Virus record (IMG/VR): IMGVR_UViG_3300025365_000008 | Span: 1-35,719 of that record | DNA: 35,719 nt | Source of the DNA: a virus | Lineage: Duplodnaviria > Caudoviricetes | Direction: 5' to 3' (one strand) | Shown here: in pieces, positions 8,855 to 16,784 of the stretch | How the letters are laid out: every line of letters starts with the position of its first letter | Numbering within the stretch: the stretch's first letter is position 1 | Made by a program: the position numbers and the translations under genes | The notes under the pieces: model-generated | Seen by the model: the letters and a program-made list of their open reading frames with translations, nothing else | What the model was told of the DNA's origin: nothing | The model's database searches: none

Positions 8855-10111
8855 TTAAGCTGCAATACGGCAAGCGAGTTCAGGATAGAGAGGGGCCCAA
8901 CCATACAATACATCTAAACGAGTAGGAATAGAATCATTGTTAATTGTGTACTGCCTCACAATACGGCAAGACATACCGATCTCTTTATCAGAAGCCCTGC
9001 CCGCAAAATGGACACCTTCTGGCAATTCTAAATCTGCCATTACGAGCGCAAAAGAATTGCGATGGAACATAAAGTTTTGTGGAGAAACCGCACCAGTTGA
9101 ATTGAACTGAGTTACCGCTGCTGAAGCTGATGGAGTTGGAATCGATACGTTTTGGAACTGACCGGCAGTAATTACCGCAGGAGATACAGTTACAGAAACG
9201 CTTGAACCTGAGCCAATCGTTACAGCAGATTTAACTACAAAGTTACGGAGCTTGTTAGATCCATAAGCCTGTCTGTTTTGTGGGTTAACTGCATAAACAC
9301 CAGCGATAGTAAATGTATCACCGGCATTTAATACTAAGTTACCAGTATTGGCAGCAGTCAAAGTGATTGTTGAGCTTGATGCCCAGCCACTTGTTAAGAA
9401 ACCAGTTGCAGTTGTAGTCGCTACAGATGCAGTCACAGTAGTTGTGCTGTTGTTACCGAATACTTGAGACTGAACGTTTTGATCTAATTTCCAGTTTACC
9501 CCAGCAGAATCGCGGCCCATAAGCCCTTTTCTATACTGTTCGCCAATTGCTTCTTGAGGTACAAATAGACCTTTTAAAGAATCAACAATAGTAGCAGATG
9601 TGAATGGCTCAACGATACAAGCACGTCTACCATCTCTAGGAGCTCCTTCAGAATCAAGGTAAGCACCAGCAGTTAGATAAGTAATCAACCCAGTTGGAGG
9701 AGTACCAGCAACACCTACGATATTCGCAGTATTAAGGGTAGCCATTGCTAGACCATCTCTGTCAATTTTGTTTGCAATTGCAGCCACAGCCGGCTTCAAT
9801 ACACGATCAGAGAACATATCTAAAGACAGTGCTAAATCTTGAGTTGTAAACTGAGTTGATACTTGGAACTGAGTTGTCAAAGTAACAGGAACTGAGGATT
9901 CGTTGAAATCTTCAACTACTAACTGGGGGCCTGTTGCACCTACGAACCTTCCAGGTCGTCTTACATTTACCGTGTTACCAATCTTGCCTCCAACGACAGA
10001 AAATTGATCATCATATGAGCGATCGACTTCGCTCGAAAATGTCAACTCGTTTTCTAGCACCATGAGTGCTTCATTAGTAATCTTACTAATGGTTAGCAAG
10101 TTATTTGCCAT
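8855..10111 (-). CDS. Major capsid protein, P22 gp5 family
   Basis: MANNLLTISKITNEALMVLEN...KIGNTVNVRRP...RLDVLYGWAPLYPELACR; follows scaffold. Confidence 0.93.
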   Translation of the reverse strand: MANNLLTISKITNEALMVLENELTFSSEVDRSYDDQFSVVGGKIGNTVNVRRPGRFVGATGPQLVVEDFNESSVPVTLTTQFQVSTQFTTQDLALSLDMFSDRVLKPAVAAIANKIDRDGLAMATLNTANIVGVAGTPPTGLITYLTAGAYLDSEGAPRDGRRACIVEPFTSATIVDSLKGLFVPQEAIGEQYRKGLMGRDSAGVNWKLDQNVQSQVFGNNSTTTVTASVATTTATGFLTSGWASSSTITLTAANTGNLVLNAGDTFTIAGVYAVNPQNRQAYGSNKLRNFVVKSAVTIGSGSSVSVTVSPAVITAGQFQNVSIPTPSASAAVTQFNSTGAVSPQNFMFHRNSFALVMADLELPEGVHFAGRASDKEIGMSCRIVRQYTINNDSIPTRLDVLYGWAPLYPELACRIAA

Positions 10112-10143
10112 GATATTACCTTTCTATAAAATAAATTAAGTTT

Positions 10144-11004
10144 TTACCTAATCCTTTTAGCTTGTCTCATTGCTTTGTACTGCGAGTAAGTCATCTTATC
10201 TGTATCAGTAATGATGGCTTGTTCACTCGTACCAGCTTTGATTGGACTAATCGGGGCAGGTGCTTTGGACTTCTGGGCAACAGATTTAACAGGTTCAGTC
10301 TTTTCAAACTTTGCCTCTAATTTACCTATTTCTCTTAAAGCAGTAATTAGACTTGATTTAGATATTTTTTCTGCTAGTTCTTGGTTTTCAGCCAAATGAT
10401 AAAGAATTCTAGGACCAACATCTGATTCTAAAATCGCATCTCTCACTTGATCGCTTACCACTACATCAGAGGAAGCTACCATATCATCAAAATCAGGCAA
10501 TTCAGATTTAGTCGCTTCAAGTTTCTTGTTCCAAGTATCAATAACTTTGGCACGTTCCGCTTGTTTCATTTTTTCTACATCTTCTTGCCTTGCTCTCATT
10601 ACAGCGTTTTCAGCACTCCAATCAGCCAATGCTTCAGCGTATTCAAACGCATCCACAAATTGATCTGGTCTTGGTTTCTCATCTCTGCTCTGCTCTTTTG
10701 GAACAGCCTGAGATTTAATCGCTTTTAACTCTTGCTCTAATTCTTGTGTTCTGATTCTTGCTTGTTCAGCTTCCTGTTTAGCAAGGTCACGTTGTTTTGT
10801 GACTTCATCAAAACGCATCTTTACTTTAGGTTTTGGTTCTTCTGTTACTACTTTTTCCTCGTTCTCGACAACTTCCGGCTCACTCTGTTTAATTTCATCT
10901 ACTGGCTCTGTGTTTTCCACAGCCTCAGTCGGAGAATCTTCAGCTAAACCTAATTTATTTGCGTAAAACTCGGTACTATTTTCACTTGTTAAAACATTGG
11001 CCAT
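10144..11004 (-). CDS. Scaffolding protein
   Basis: Acidic/coiled-coil; GPRILYHLAEN and KAPAPISPI motifs, basic C-terminus; between portal and coat. Confidence 0.85.
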   Translation of the reverse strand: MANVLTSENSTEFYANKLGLAEDSPTEAVENTEPVDEIKQSEPEVVENEEKVVTEEPKPKVKMRFDEVTKQRDLAKQEAEQARIRTQELEQELKAIKSQAVPKEQSRDEKPRPDQFVDAFEYAEALADWSAENAVMRARQEDVEKMKQAERAKVIDTWNKKLEATKSELPDFDDMVASSDVVVSDQVRDAILESDVGPRILYHLAENQELAEKISKSSLITALREIGKLEAKFEKTEPVKSVAQKSKAPAPISPIKAGTSEQAIITDTDKMTYSQYKAMRQAKRIR

Positions 11005-11027
11005 CTTTCGAAGCTCCTCAGTATTTT

Positions 11028-11082
11028 CCGATTAAACGAATCGGTACGTTTGAATCTTATTACTTTAAATAATTATTGACAA
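11028..11082 (-). promoter_or_regulatory. Sigma70-like promoter for scaffold/coat with 5' UTR hairpin
   Basis: Minus strand TTGTCA (11082-11077), 17 bp, TAAGAT (11059-11054); hairpin CCGATT-CGTTT-AATCGG at 11028-11044. Confidence 0.6.
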
Positions 11083-11084
11083 TA

Positions 11085-13148
11085 TTAAATTCCACGTTCA
11101 ACAGCCTCTGCCTCTGCTTCTCTAGCTGATGTTCTATTCATATTTGCCAATAAAAGTGCTAATTGCGCCTTCATTTGCTCAATTTCTTTTTGCGTTTCAG
11201 TCTTGACCACAGTTTCTTGCATTGCAGTCTGAACACGCATCTCAGTATCGTGGCCCTTAGTAGTCTGACGCATGAGTTCACGCTTGGTTTCATTATCTTG
11301 CTTGACTTGCTCAATATCTTGACGCTGTTGCATCATCATTTGAGCCTGTTGTAATTGCTGAGTTAATTGCTGAACCTGTGCTTCACCTTGCTTGAGCTTC
11401 ATTTGGATGGCTGGTGGAATATCCGACATATCATCAATTTGAGCCAATGGGTTATTAACTGCCATGCGATCAGCAATGATGTCAGCACCAGGGAAATCCA
11501 TATTTCTGACCAATAAATCACCAGCGACTTGTACAAGTGATGGCTCTGCTTGGAATAATGCCATCATGGCCTCAACAGATTCTTGACGTTTGGAGTTATA
11601 GCCTGGTCCGGTATCCATCACAATGTCATATTCACCTACGCTCATGTCGTTCAAAATACGCTCAATGCCAGATTCATCCATCTTGCGTTCATTAATCGTC
11701 ATAATCTCAGGCTTACCATCGTCACCAATAATACGCATGGCACGTTCTGTGTCATAAATATGAGGGATTAAATCAAGTATTACTCTACCAACTTGTCGAA
11801 TACTGCGAGTTAAGTTGTCGTAATAGTGCATATTAGTCATGTCAGCTTGCATCTGCTGACCTTGGATTGCTTTACCGGATTGAATGCCTTGGGGTAACTG
11901 ATTTGGATCGTAAATACCGATGACTGCTTGTAAATCTAAATTCATTGACTGCATTGCAGCCATTACTCCAGTAGGAGGTTGTTCAGGTGATTGTCTTACT
12001 GGTGGTGGAGCTGGTCTGCCATCGATGTCAGTTTGTTTATAACGCAGATATGGCTTACTTGCATTGTTGGCATCAGCCCATTCTTGCTCATGCCCTTCAT
12101 CCTGTCCTTCAGCCAATATCCATTTTGCTTTAGGTGCAAGTGCGACAGTTTCAGTCAGAGCAGTTGACCAATAGTTATACATCCTTTGCGGATCTTTAGC
12201 CATTCTAACTAAGCCAAAACGCTTATGTTTACCTTGGACAATGGTGCTTTGACCATAAACAGGAATAATCGGCAAATAACGACCTGCCCAATCGCCTTCT
12301 TCTAACACTTGCATGGCAGTTACTTTAGCCCATTTAATCTTTTTACGAACTGTAGGCCTTCTATTAATAACTTCAACGCCTAATTTTTCCATTAACTTTT
12401 TATCAACTTCATCAGCGTAGATGCTTGAGCCATCTGATAACTGCATTAACTCTACAGATTCTCTGACTGAATACCAATATTCGGCAATTCTGATTTCTTC
12501 CTTTTGCACCCAATCGCCAATGACATCGCCAGTCCCTCGACTGACAAACCCTTGATCTACTTCAGCATCAGGGTACATGGCACTAAATGCCTTTTTACTC
12601 ATTAAGGTAGTGATAAGGCAGCGCTCGGCATCAGATCCATCAGCCATGATGGAATTGGGATCAAAATACACAGTAAAAGGATTTTCAATTGGTCGAATAT
12701 AAATCTCTTGGTCAAAACTATCATCCTTCACATAATCGGTATGGACTCGGATATATCCCCAGCCCATGCGAACCGCATAATCGACTGCATTAATATAAGC
12801 CTGGTCGGCATCGGACTGTAATTCAATGTGTCGGCACATCCCAGTAATGATTTGTGCCTGCTTTTCATCCGTTTGAGTATTCATGCCATGAGCTTTAATT
12901 CTAGGTCTTTGTTCACGAATTTGATTGACAATCTGTCGGCAATACGCATCGACTTTATTAATGGTTAGACATGGTCTGGCTTCAAGTAAACGACTGTTTT
13001 GCACGTCAACAGGCCATTGATCACCATTAGAGAAACGCACATCATCAAGAGCTTCAGCACGATTATTTGAATCTACATCATTCACCTGACGTAAAAATTC
13101 CATCGCTTGATAGATTCTGTCATCTTGCTCTATGATTTCTTCGGCCAT
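11085..13148 (-). CDS. Portal protein, P22-like
   Basis: GDQWP, RPCLTINK, GLVRMAKDPQRMYNYW, GEYDIVMDTGP..SKRQE and a C-terminal coiled-coil barrel. Confidence 0.93.
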   Translation of the reverse strand: MAEEIIEQDDRIYQAMEFLRQVNDVDSNNRAEALDDVRFSNGDQWPVDVQNSRLLEARPCLTINKVDAYCRQIVNQIREQRPRIKAHGMNTQTDEKQAQIITGMCRHIELQSDADQAYINAVDYAVRMGWGYIRVHTDYVKDDSFDQEIYIRPIENPFTVYFDPNSIMADGSDAERCLITTLMSKKAFSAMYPDAEVDQGFVSRGTGDVIGDWVQKEEIRIAEYWYSVRESVELMQLSDGSSIYADEVDKKLMEKLGVEVINRRPTVRKKIKWAKVTAMQVLEEGDWAGRYLPIIPVYGQSTIVQGKHKRFGLVRMAKDPQRMYNYWSTALTETVALAPKAKWILAEGQDEGHEQEWADANNASKPYLRYKQTDIDGRPAPPPVRQSPEQPPTGVMAAMQSMNLDLQAVIGIYDPNQLPQGIQSGKAIQGQQMQADMTNMHYYDNLTRSIRQVGRVILDLIPHIYDTERAMRIIGDDGKPEIMTINERKMDESGIERILNDMSVGEYDIVMDTGPGYNSKRQESVEAMMALFQAEPSLVQVAGDLLVRNMDFPGADIIADRMAVNNPLAQIDDMSDIPPAIQMKLKQGEAQVQQLTQQLQQAQMMMQQRQDIEQVKQDNETKRELMRQTTKGHDTEMRVQTAMQETVVKTETQKEIEQMKAQLALLLANMNRTSAREAEAEAVERGI

Positions 13149-13174
13149 AATTTACCCTTGTAATTTTTGCAATT

Positions 13175-14443
13175 TTAACTCATCCATGAGCCACGTTCAA
13201 TATTAACTGGTCTTTTTACTGTTTTCTTTGGCTCATTAACTAAAAGACCTAGCATCCTAAATGCATCAGCACCATGGGAATATTGGTCATGCAATGGTTT
13301 CTGTGACCATGCGCCACTCTCATCAACATCATACCGATAATGCCTTAGACATTGCAGGCCATCGCCACAGTTCTCACGATCAAACACGCATTTATTAAAA
13401 ATAGTTCTGGCTGCATTAATGGAATCAGTCACCGGCACTCTTGGCAGTATCTGCACTTTATATCCAGCACTACGCACAATCTCCTCGATCGATCGCCCTG
13501 ATCCTAATGATTTAGCAGCTGCATCATGTGGCAGCCACAGCGTATCAAAGTGATAACCAAACTTTTGCATCTCAGCCAAATACCAACTAATCGTCTGTTG
13601 ATTGGCCTGCATATATCGAATTAATCGGATTTCTAACCCAATAAACTGCACAAACCATATCGCAGTATGGTCAGCCCAGCCCAAATCAAAGACTGCATGA
13701 ACTGGCTTAATGGCATCGTATGGCACTCTAGTGATTCGGTTATCCATCTCAGCCTGTTGCATCTCCTTGGCAAAAATAGCACCATCAACAGTAACTCGGC
13801 ACATTCCTTCCCAAACTGTATTGTAGGATTCAGGATCACGATTCTTGAGTGAGATGCGCTCAAGGTTCAAAGTTTCCGGAAACCAAGGATTATCTGACCA
13901 GTTAATCTTTTGAATAATTGCGTTCTCAGGTGGATGTTGCACAAAACGCTGAAAAGTTTCATCGGTTTCAAGTTCTGGGTTGAATGTCACCCATATCTCA
14001 GAGTTTTCTTTTCGGATGGTTGGAATGAGAATATTCCATGAGGATTTGGTAACAGACTGTGCTTCCTCTATCCAACAATAATCCACACCTTCATATGATT
14101 TGATATTAGCAGTATTGTTTTTAAGGCCGACAAAACTAAATTCTGTGCCATTCTTGCCCTTGATATTGGATTGTAGAATTTCATAAAAGGATTCTAATCC
14201 CAATAATTCTATCTGATCACTTAATAATTTATGCACCGAATCACGCATCGATGTCATGTATTCCCTGGCACATAAGATGCGAATCGGTGACTTAGCACCT
14301 AAAATTAATAATGCTTTAGCTACTGAATGAGATTTGCCTGCACCTCGACCACCCCAGTAAACCTTGTAACGTGATTTGTCGAACAAGGTCGACATCTTAA
14401 ATGGGAATTCAGCCTTGGCTATTGCTCCATCAACTTCACTCAT
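13175..14443 (-). CDS. terL: Terminase large subunit
   Basis: Walker A GGRGAGKS, Walker B WIEEA, TFNP coupling motif, nuclease DLG and HGADAFR. Confidence 0.95.
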   Translation of the reverse strand: MSEVDGAIAKAEFPFKMSTLFDKSRYKVYWGGRGAGKSHSVAKALLILGAKSPIRILCAREYMTSMRDSVHKLLSDQIELLGLESFYEILQSNIKGKNGTEFSFVGLKNNTANIKSYEGVDYCWIEEAQSVTKSSWNILIPTIRKENSEIWVTFNPELETDETFQRFVQHPPENAIIQKINWSDNPWFPETLNLERISLKNRDPESYNTVWEGMCRVTVDGAIFAKEMQQAEMDNRITRVPYDAIKPVHAVFDLGWADHTAIWFVQFIGLEIRLIRYMQANQQTISWYLAEMQKFGYHFDTLWLPHDAAAKSLGSGRSIEEIVRSAGYKVQILPRVPVTDSINAARTIFNKCVFDRENCGDGLQCLRHYRYDVDESGAWSQKPLHDQYSHGADAFRMLGLLVNEPKKTVKRPVNIERGSWMS

Positions 14444-14708
14444 TTGGCTTTACAAATGCAACATGAATACTGTTAACTACTTGGCCATCAGTCGTAATAT
14501 CTGTGGACTGAATGGCCTTACCATCCATGCGATCCATTATCTCTTTAATTGCCCATGCCTCTGATTCCTCGGCAGCCTTAACTAAATTTTCTGCAATTTT
14601 ACGCAATTTACGCTGATCATCTTGCACTAAAATTTTACGCAATTCTCCATGAAAGAGTTTTCCTTTCACAGAATTTTTATTGCCTTCAGGTGCGCCACGT
14701 TCTGCCAT
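14436..14708 (-). CDS. terS: Terminase small subunit (probable)
   Basis: Overlaps the terL start; GAPEGNKN and AIKEIMDRMDGK motifs; likely ATG at 14708. Confidence 0.7.
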   Translation of the reverse strand: MAERGAPEGNKNSVKGKLFHGELRKILVQDDQRKLRKIAENLVKAAEESEAWAIKEIMDRMDGKAIQSTDITTDGQVVNSIHVAFVKPNE

Positions 14709-14721
14709 TTGTATCAAAAGT

Positions 14722-14734
14722 TAAGTAATTGATT
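14722..14734 (-). promoter_or_regulatory. IHF-consensus site upstream of terS
   Basis: Minus strand AATCAATTACTTA matches WATCAANNNNTTR, in an AT-rich intergenic gap. Confidence 0.4.
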
Positions 14735-14749
14735 AATAAAATTATATAT

Positions 14750-14971
14750 TTACGCTACTGGTTCTTCAGCCGGAACAAAATTAATTGTAATTCCATCTAT
14801 TGTAGAATCTTGTTTTTCCTCAACATTTTGAGGTTGTGGAGGCTTCGGTGTTATTTGTTTATTTACATGAGCTTGAATGTATTCAATGAGTCCTCTCGCA
14901 TACTTATGAGGTACTTCATCTAAATACTTCATCATTTCGTTAATTTGATCGATGTGAAATTCTATTTTCAT
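14750..14971 (-). CDS. Hypothetical protein
   Basis: 73 aa ORF, ATGA-coupled to the upstream small gene. Confidence 0.6.
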   Translation of the reverse strand: MKIEFHIDQINEMMKYLDEVPHKYARGLIEYIQAHVNKQITPKPPQPQNVEEKQDSTIDGITINFVPAEEPVA

Positions 14972-15108
14972 TTCTTTTTACCTTTCTTTGCTTCACGTTG
15001 TACATTAAGTGCTATTGCTACTGCTTGTTTCTGTGGTTTACCTGCTTCTATCTCTTTTTTGATGTTTTTAGGCACAGCTTTTTCTGATTTAGATTTAATT
15101 AATGGCAT
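14968..15108 (-). CDS. Small basic phage protein (not in ORF track)
   Basis: MPLIKSKSEKAVPKNIKKEIEAGKPQKQAVAIALNVQREAKKGKKK; AAGGAG RBS; GKPQKQAVAIA is a recurrent pre-terminase motif. Confidence 0.75.
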   Translation of the reverse strand: MPLIKSKSEKAVPKNIKKEIEAGKPQKQAVAIALNVQREAKKGKKK

Positions 15109-15298
15109 TTATTTCTCCTTTAGTAACAATACTTGAAGCCTTTTTATGTAATCTTGAATTTTTATAAATTTTATTTCTTAAACGACTTTCTTCTTCATAA
15201 ATTTCAATTTCAAAATGTTCTAGTAATTTATCCAATATTTTACTTATAAATAATAAACGCTTATATTTAAACGACATTTCAGATGATTTAATCATCAC
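15095..15298 (-). CDS. Hypothetical protein
   Basis: 67 aa AT-rich ORF, ATGA/GTGA-type coupling to GroES. Confidence 0.45.
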   Translation of the reverse strand: MMIKSSEMSFKYKRLLFISKILDKLLEHFEIEIYEEESRLRNKIYKNSRLHKKASSIVTKGEINAIN

Positions 15299-15594
15299 GC
15301 TGCCTCCTGTTCAAAGCAAATATCCGACCATGACATGACCAGATAACGCTCATTATTTTCAAAGTATTCTGTGTATTTTAAATATTCGTCTTTGCCCATT
15401 GTGCCAAATCTGACAAATGAGCCGACTAAAACCGGCATTTCTTCACGTCTGCCATTAGGTAATTTCTTGCCTGGTCCGACTGCGATTACAGTTCCCATGT
15501 TGTCTTTCTCATCCATAATCACATGAATCAAAGACGATTTAACTCGTTCAATGGGTTTGACTACAATTTTATCGTGTAAAGGTTTAAGCAACAT
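15295..15594 (-). CDS. groES: Co-chaperonin GroES (Cpn10)
   Basis: LKPLHDKIVVK, GTVIAVGPGK, V.VG..V.F and YLVM..SDI motifs. Confidence 0.9.
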   Translation of the reverse strand: MLLKPLHDKIVVKPIERVKSSLIHVIMDEKDNMGTVIAVGPGKKLPNGRREEMPVLVGSFVRFGTMGKDEYLKYTEYFENNERYLVMSWSDICFEQEAA

Positions 15595-15838
15595 TTCTTT
15601 TAGGCCTTCCTGCTTTGGGTTTCATTGCAGCCACTTCAGCTTGAATGGATTCTTTGGTTATTTCTTGAACAATGTTGTCCAATGCTCCAAATGTTGAACT
15701 TTGGGCATATTCACCACAGATATCTGTAGAATGCCTGTTTTGATAAGTAGGGTATCTGCGACATGAACCTAAAATATTATTGGGTTCGCTGAAATGTTTA
15801 CAGTTTCCGCAGTTACTTTTAAAATGATTTTCAGACAT
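15584..15838 (-). CDS. Cys-rich hypothetical protein
   Basis: CGNCKHF...GSCRRYP...CGEY; C-terminal KAGRPKR. Confidence 0.65.
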   Translation of the reverse strand: MSENHFKSNCGNCKHFSEPNNILGSCRRYPTYQNRHSTDICGEYAQSSTFGALDNIVQEITKESIQAEVAAMKPKAGRPKRNVA

Positions 15839-15864
15839 TAAATAATTATCCTATTTGATGTTAG

Positions 15865-15898
15865 AAACCCCTAACACTCGACAAAGTATTAGGGGTTT
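15865..15898. terminator. Hairpin / probable terminator
   Basis: AAACCCCTAA...TTAGGGGTTT inverted repeat immediately after the stop at 15906. Confidence 0.6.
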
Positions 15899-15905
15899 TG
15901 TTTTA

Positions 15906-16247
15906 TTAATCTTGTGGATGAACCATGCGTTTATGGTCATAAACGACTTTTTCAGAGCTGCCGCCCTTCATTTCGCCTAACATACCATCGTTTTTACCCA
16001 TGTGACTTGCATCTCTCATACCAATGCCATCAGCCTTGCCCATTGCAACACCGCCAACAAGTTTAGCTTTACGCTCGCCAGACATATCACTTGCAGTTGC
16101 ACCTTTAGGAATCATTTCACCTGATTCGCCTTTAGTGCCTTTTAAACTATTTGGACCAGACTCTGATCCTTTTTTCATGCCTGTTTTGTCGCTAGATACT
16201 ACGCCTTTAGGCATTTTCTCGCCTGATGCTGGTTTACCATAATTCAT
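15906..16247 (-). CDS. Low-complexity G/K/M-rich hypothetical protein
   Basis: Likely start MNYGKP at 16247 after an AAGGA RBS; internal repeat GEKMPKG..SSD / GEMIPKG..ASD. Confidence 0.65.
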   Translation of the reverse strand: MNYGKPASGEKMPKGVVSSDKTGMKKGSESGPNSLKGTKGESGEMIPKGATASDMSGERKAKLVGGVAMGKADGIGMRDASHMGKNDGMLGEMKGGSSEKVVYDHKRMVHPQD

Positions 16248-16328
16248 TTTTAATTTTCCTTTGCAAAGAAATCTCACCATGAGATGACTCATTTTATAAC
16301 AAAACTTTTATTTTGTGGGAAACAAAAT

Positions 16329-16511
16329 TTAATCCCAAAATATTTCTTCAACAACAACTTTTTTTTCTTGATACTTGGTGCATCGATTTTTTAAATCTGG
16401 AGTCCACCAAGGATCACCAGCTTTGCATTGCCCTTTCCAAGTTTTGTATTCACCATTGGCCAACTCATTCGGCATTGACACACAATTTTTGCAATAAACT
16501 CGATCATCCAT
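16329..16511 (-). CDS. Cys-containing hypothetical protein
   Basis: 60 aa, CKNC...C...C; GAGG RBS. Confidence 0.55.
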   Translation of the reverse strand: MDDRVYCKNCVSMPNELANGEYKTWKGQCKAGDPWWTPDLKNRCTKYQEKKVVVEEIFWD

Positions 16512-16540
16512 TTTCCTCTCCGTTTTAAGTGATTTTTAGA

Positions 16541-16784
16541 TGTGACACACTAGGTATACCACACCTACCATTTCCTTATATAGTGCCAAATATGTATATA
16601 TACCTATAAATACCTATATTTATATAAATAATAATAAATATTAAAAAAGGTATGTCAGGTATGTCAAGGTATTGATTCATAAAATAATTTTTTTTAAAAA
16701 GGTGTGTCATTGAGGTATGTCATTTTTTATTGAGGTGTGTCTTAATTTTGTTTAAAAAAAGACACACCTTTGATAGGTGTGTCA
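16541..16784. repeat. Iteron-like AGGTRTGTC cluster, putative replication origin
   Basis: Direct copies at 16648, 16657, 16700, 16713, 16733 and 16775; inverted copies near 16760 and (degenerate) 16544; AT-rich tracts; IHF-consensus site at 16665-16677; abuts the helicase stop. Confidence 0.7.
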
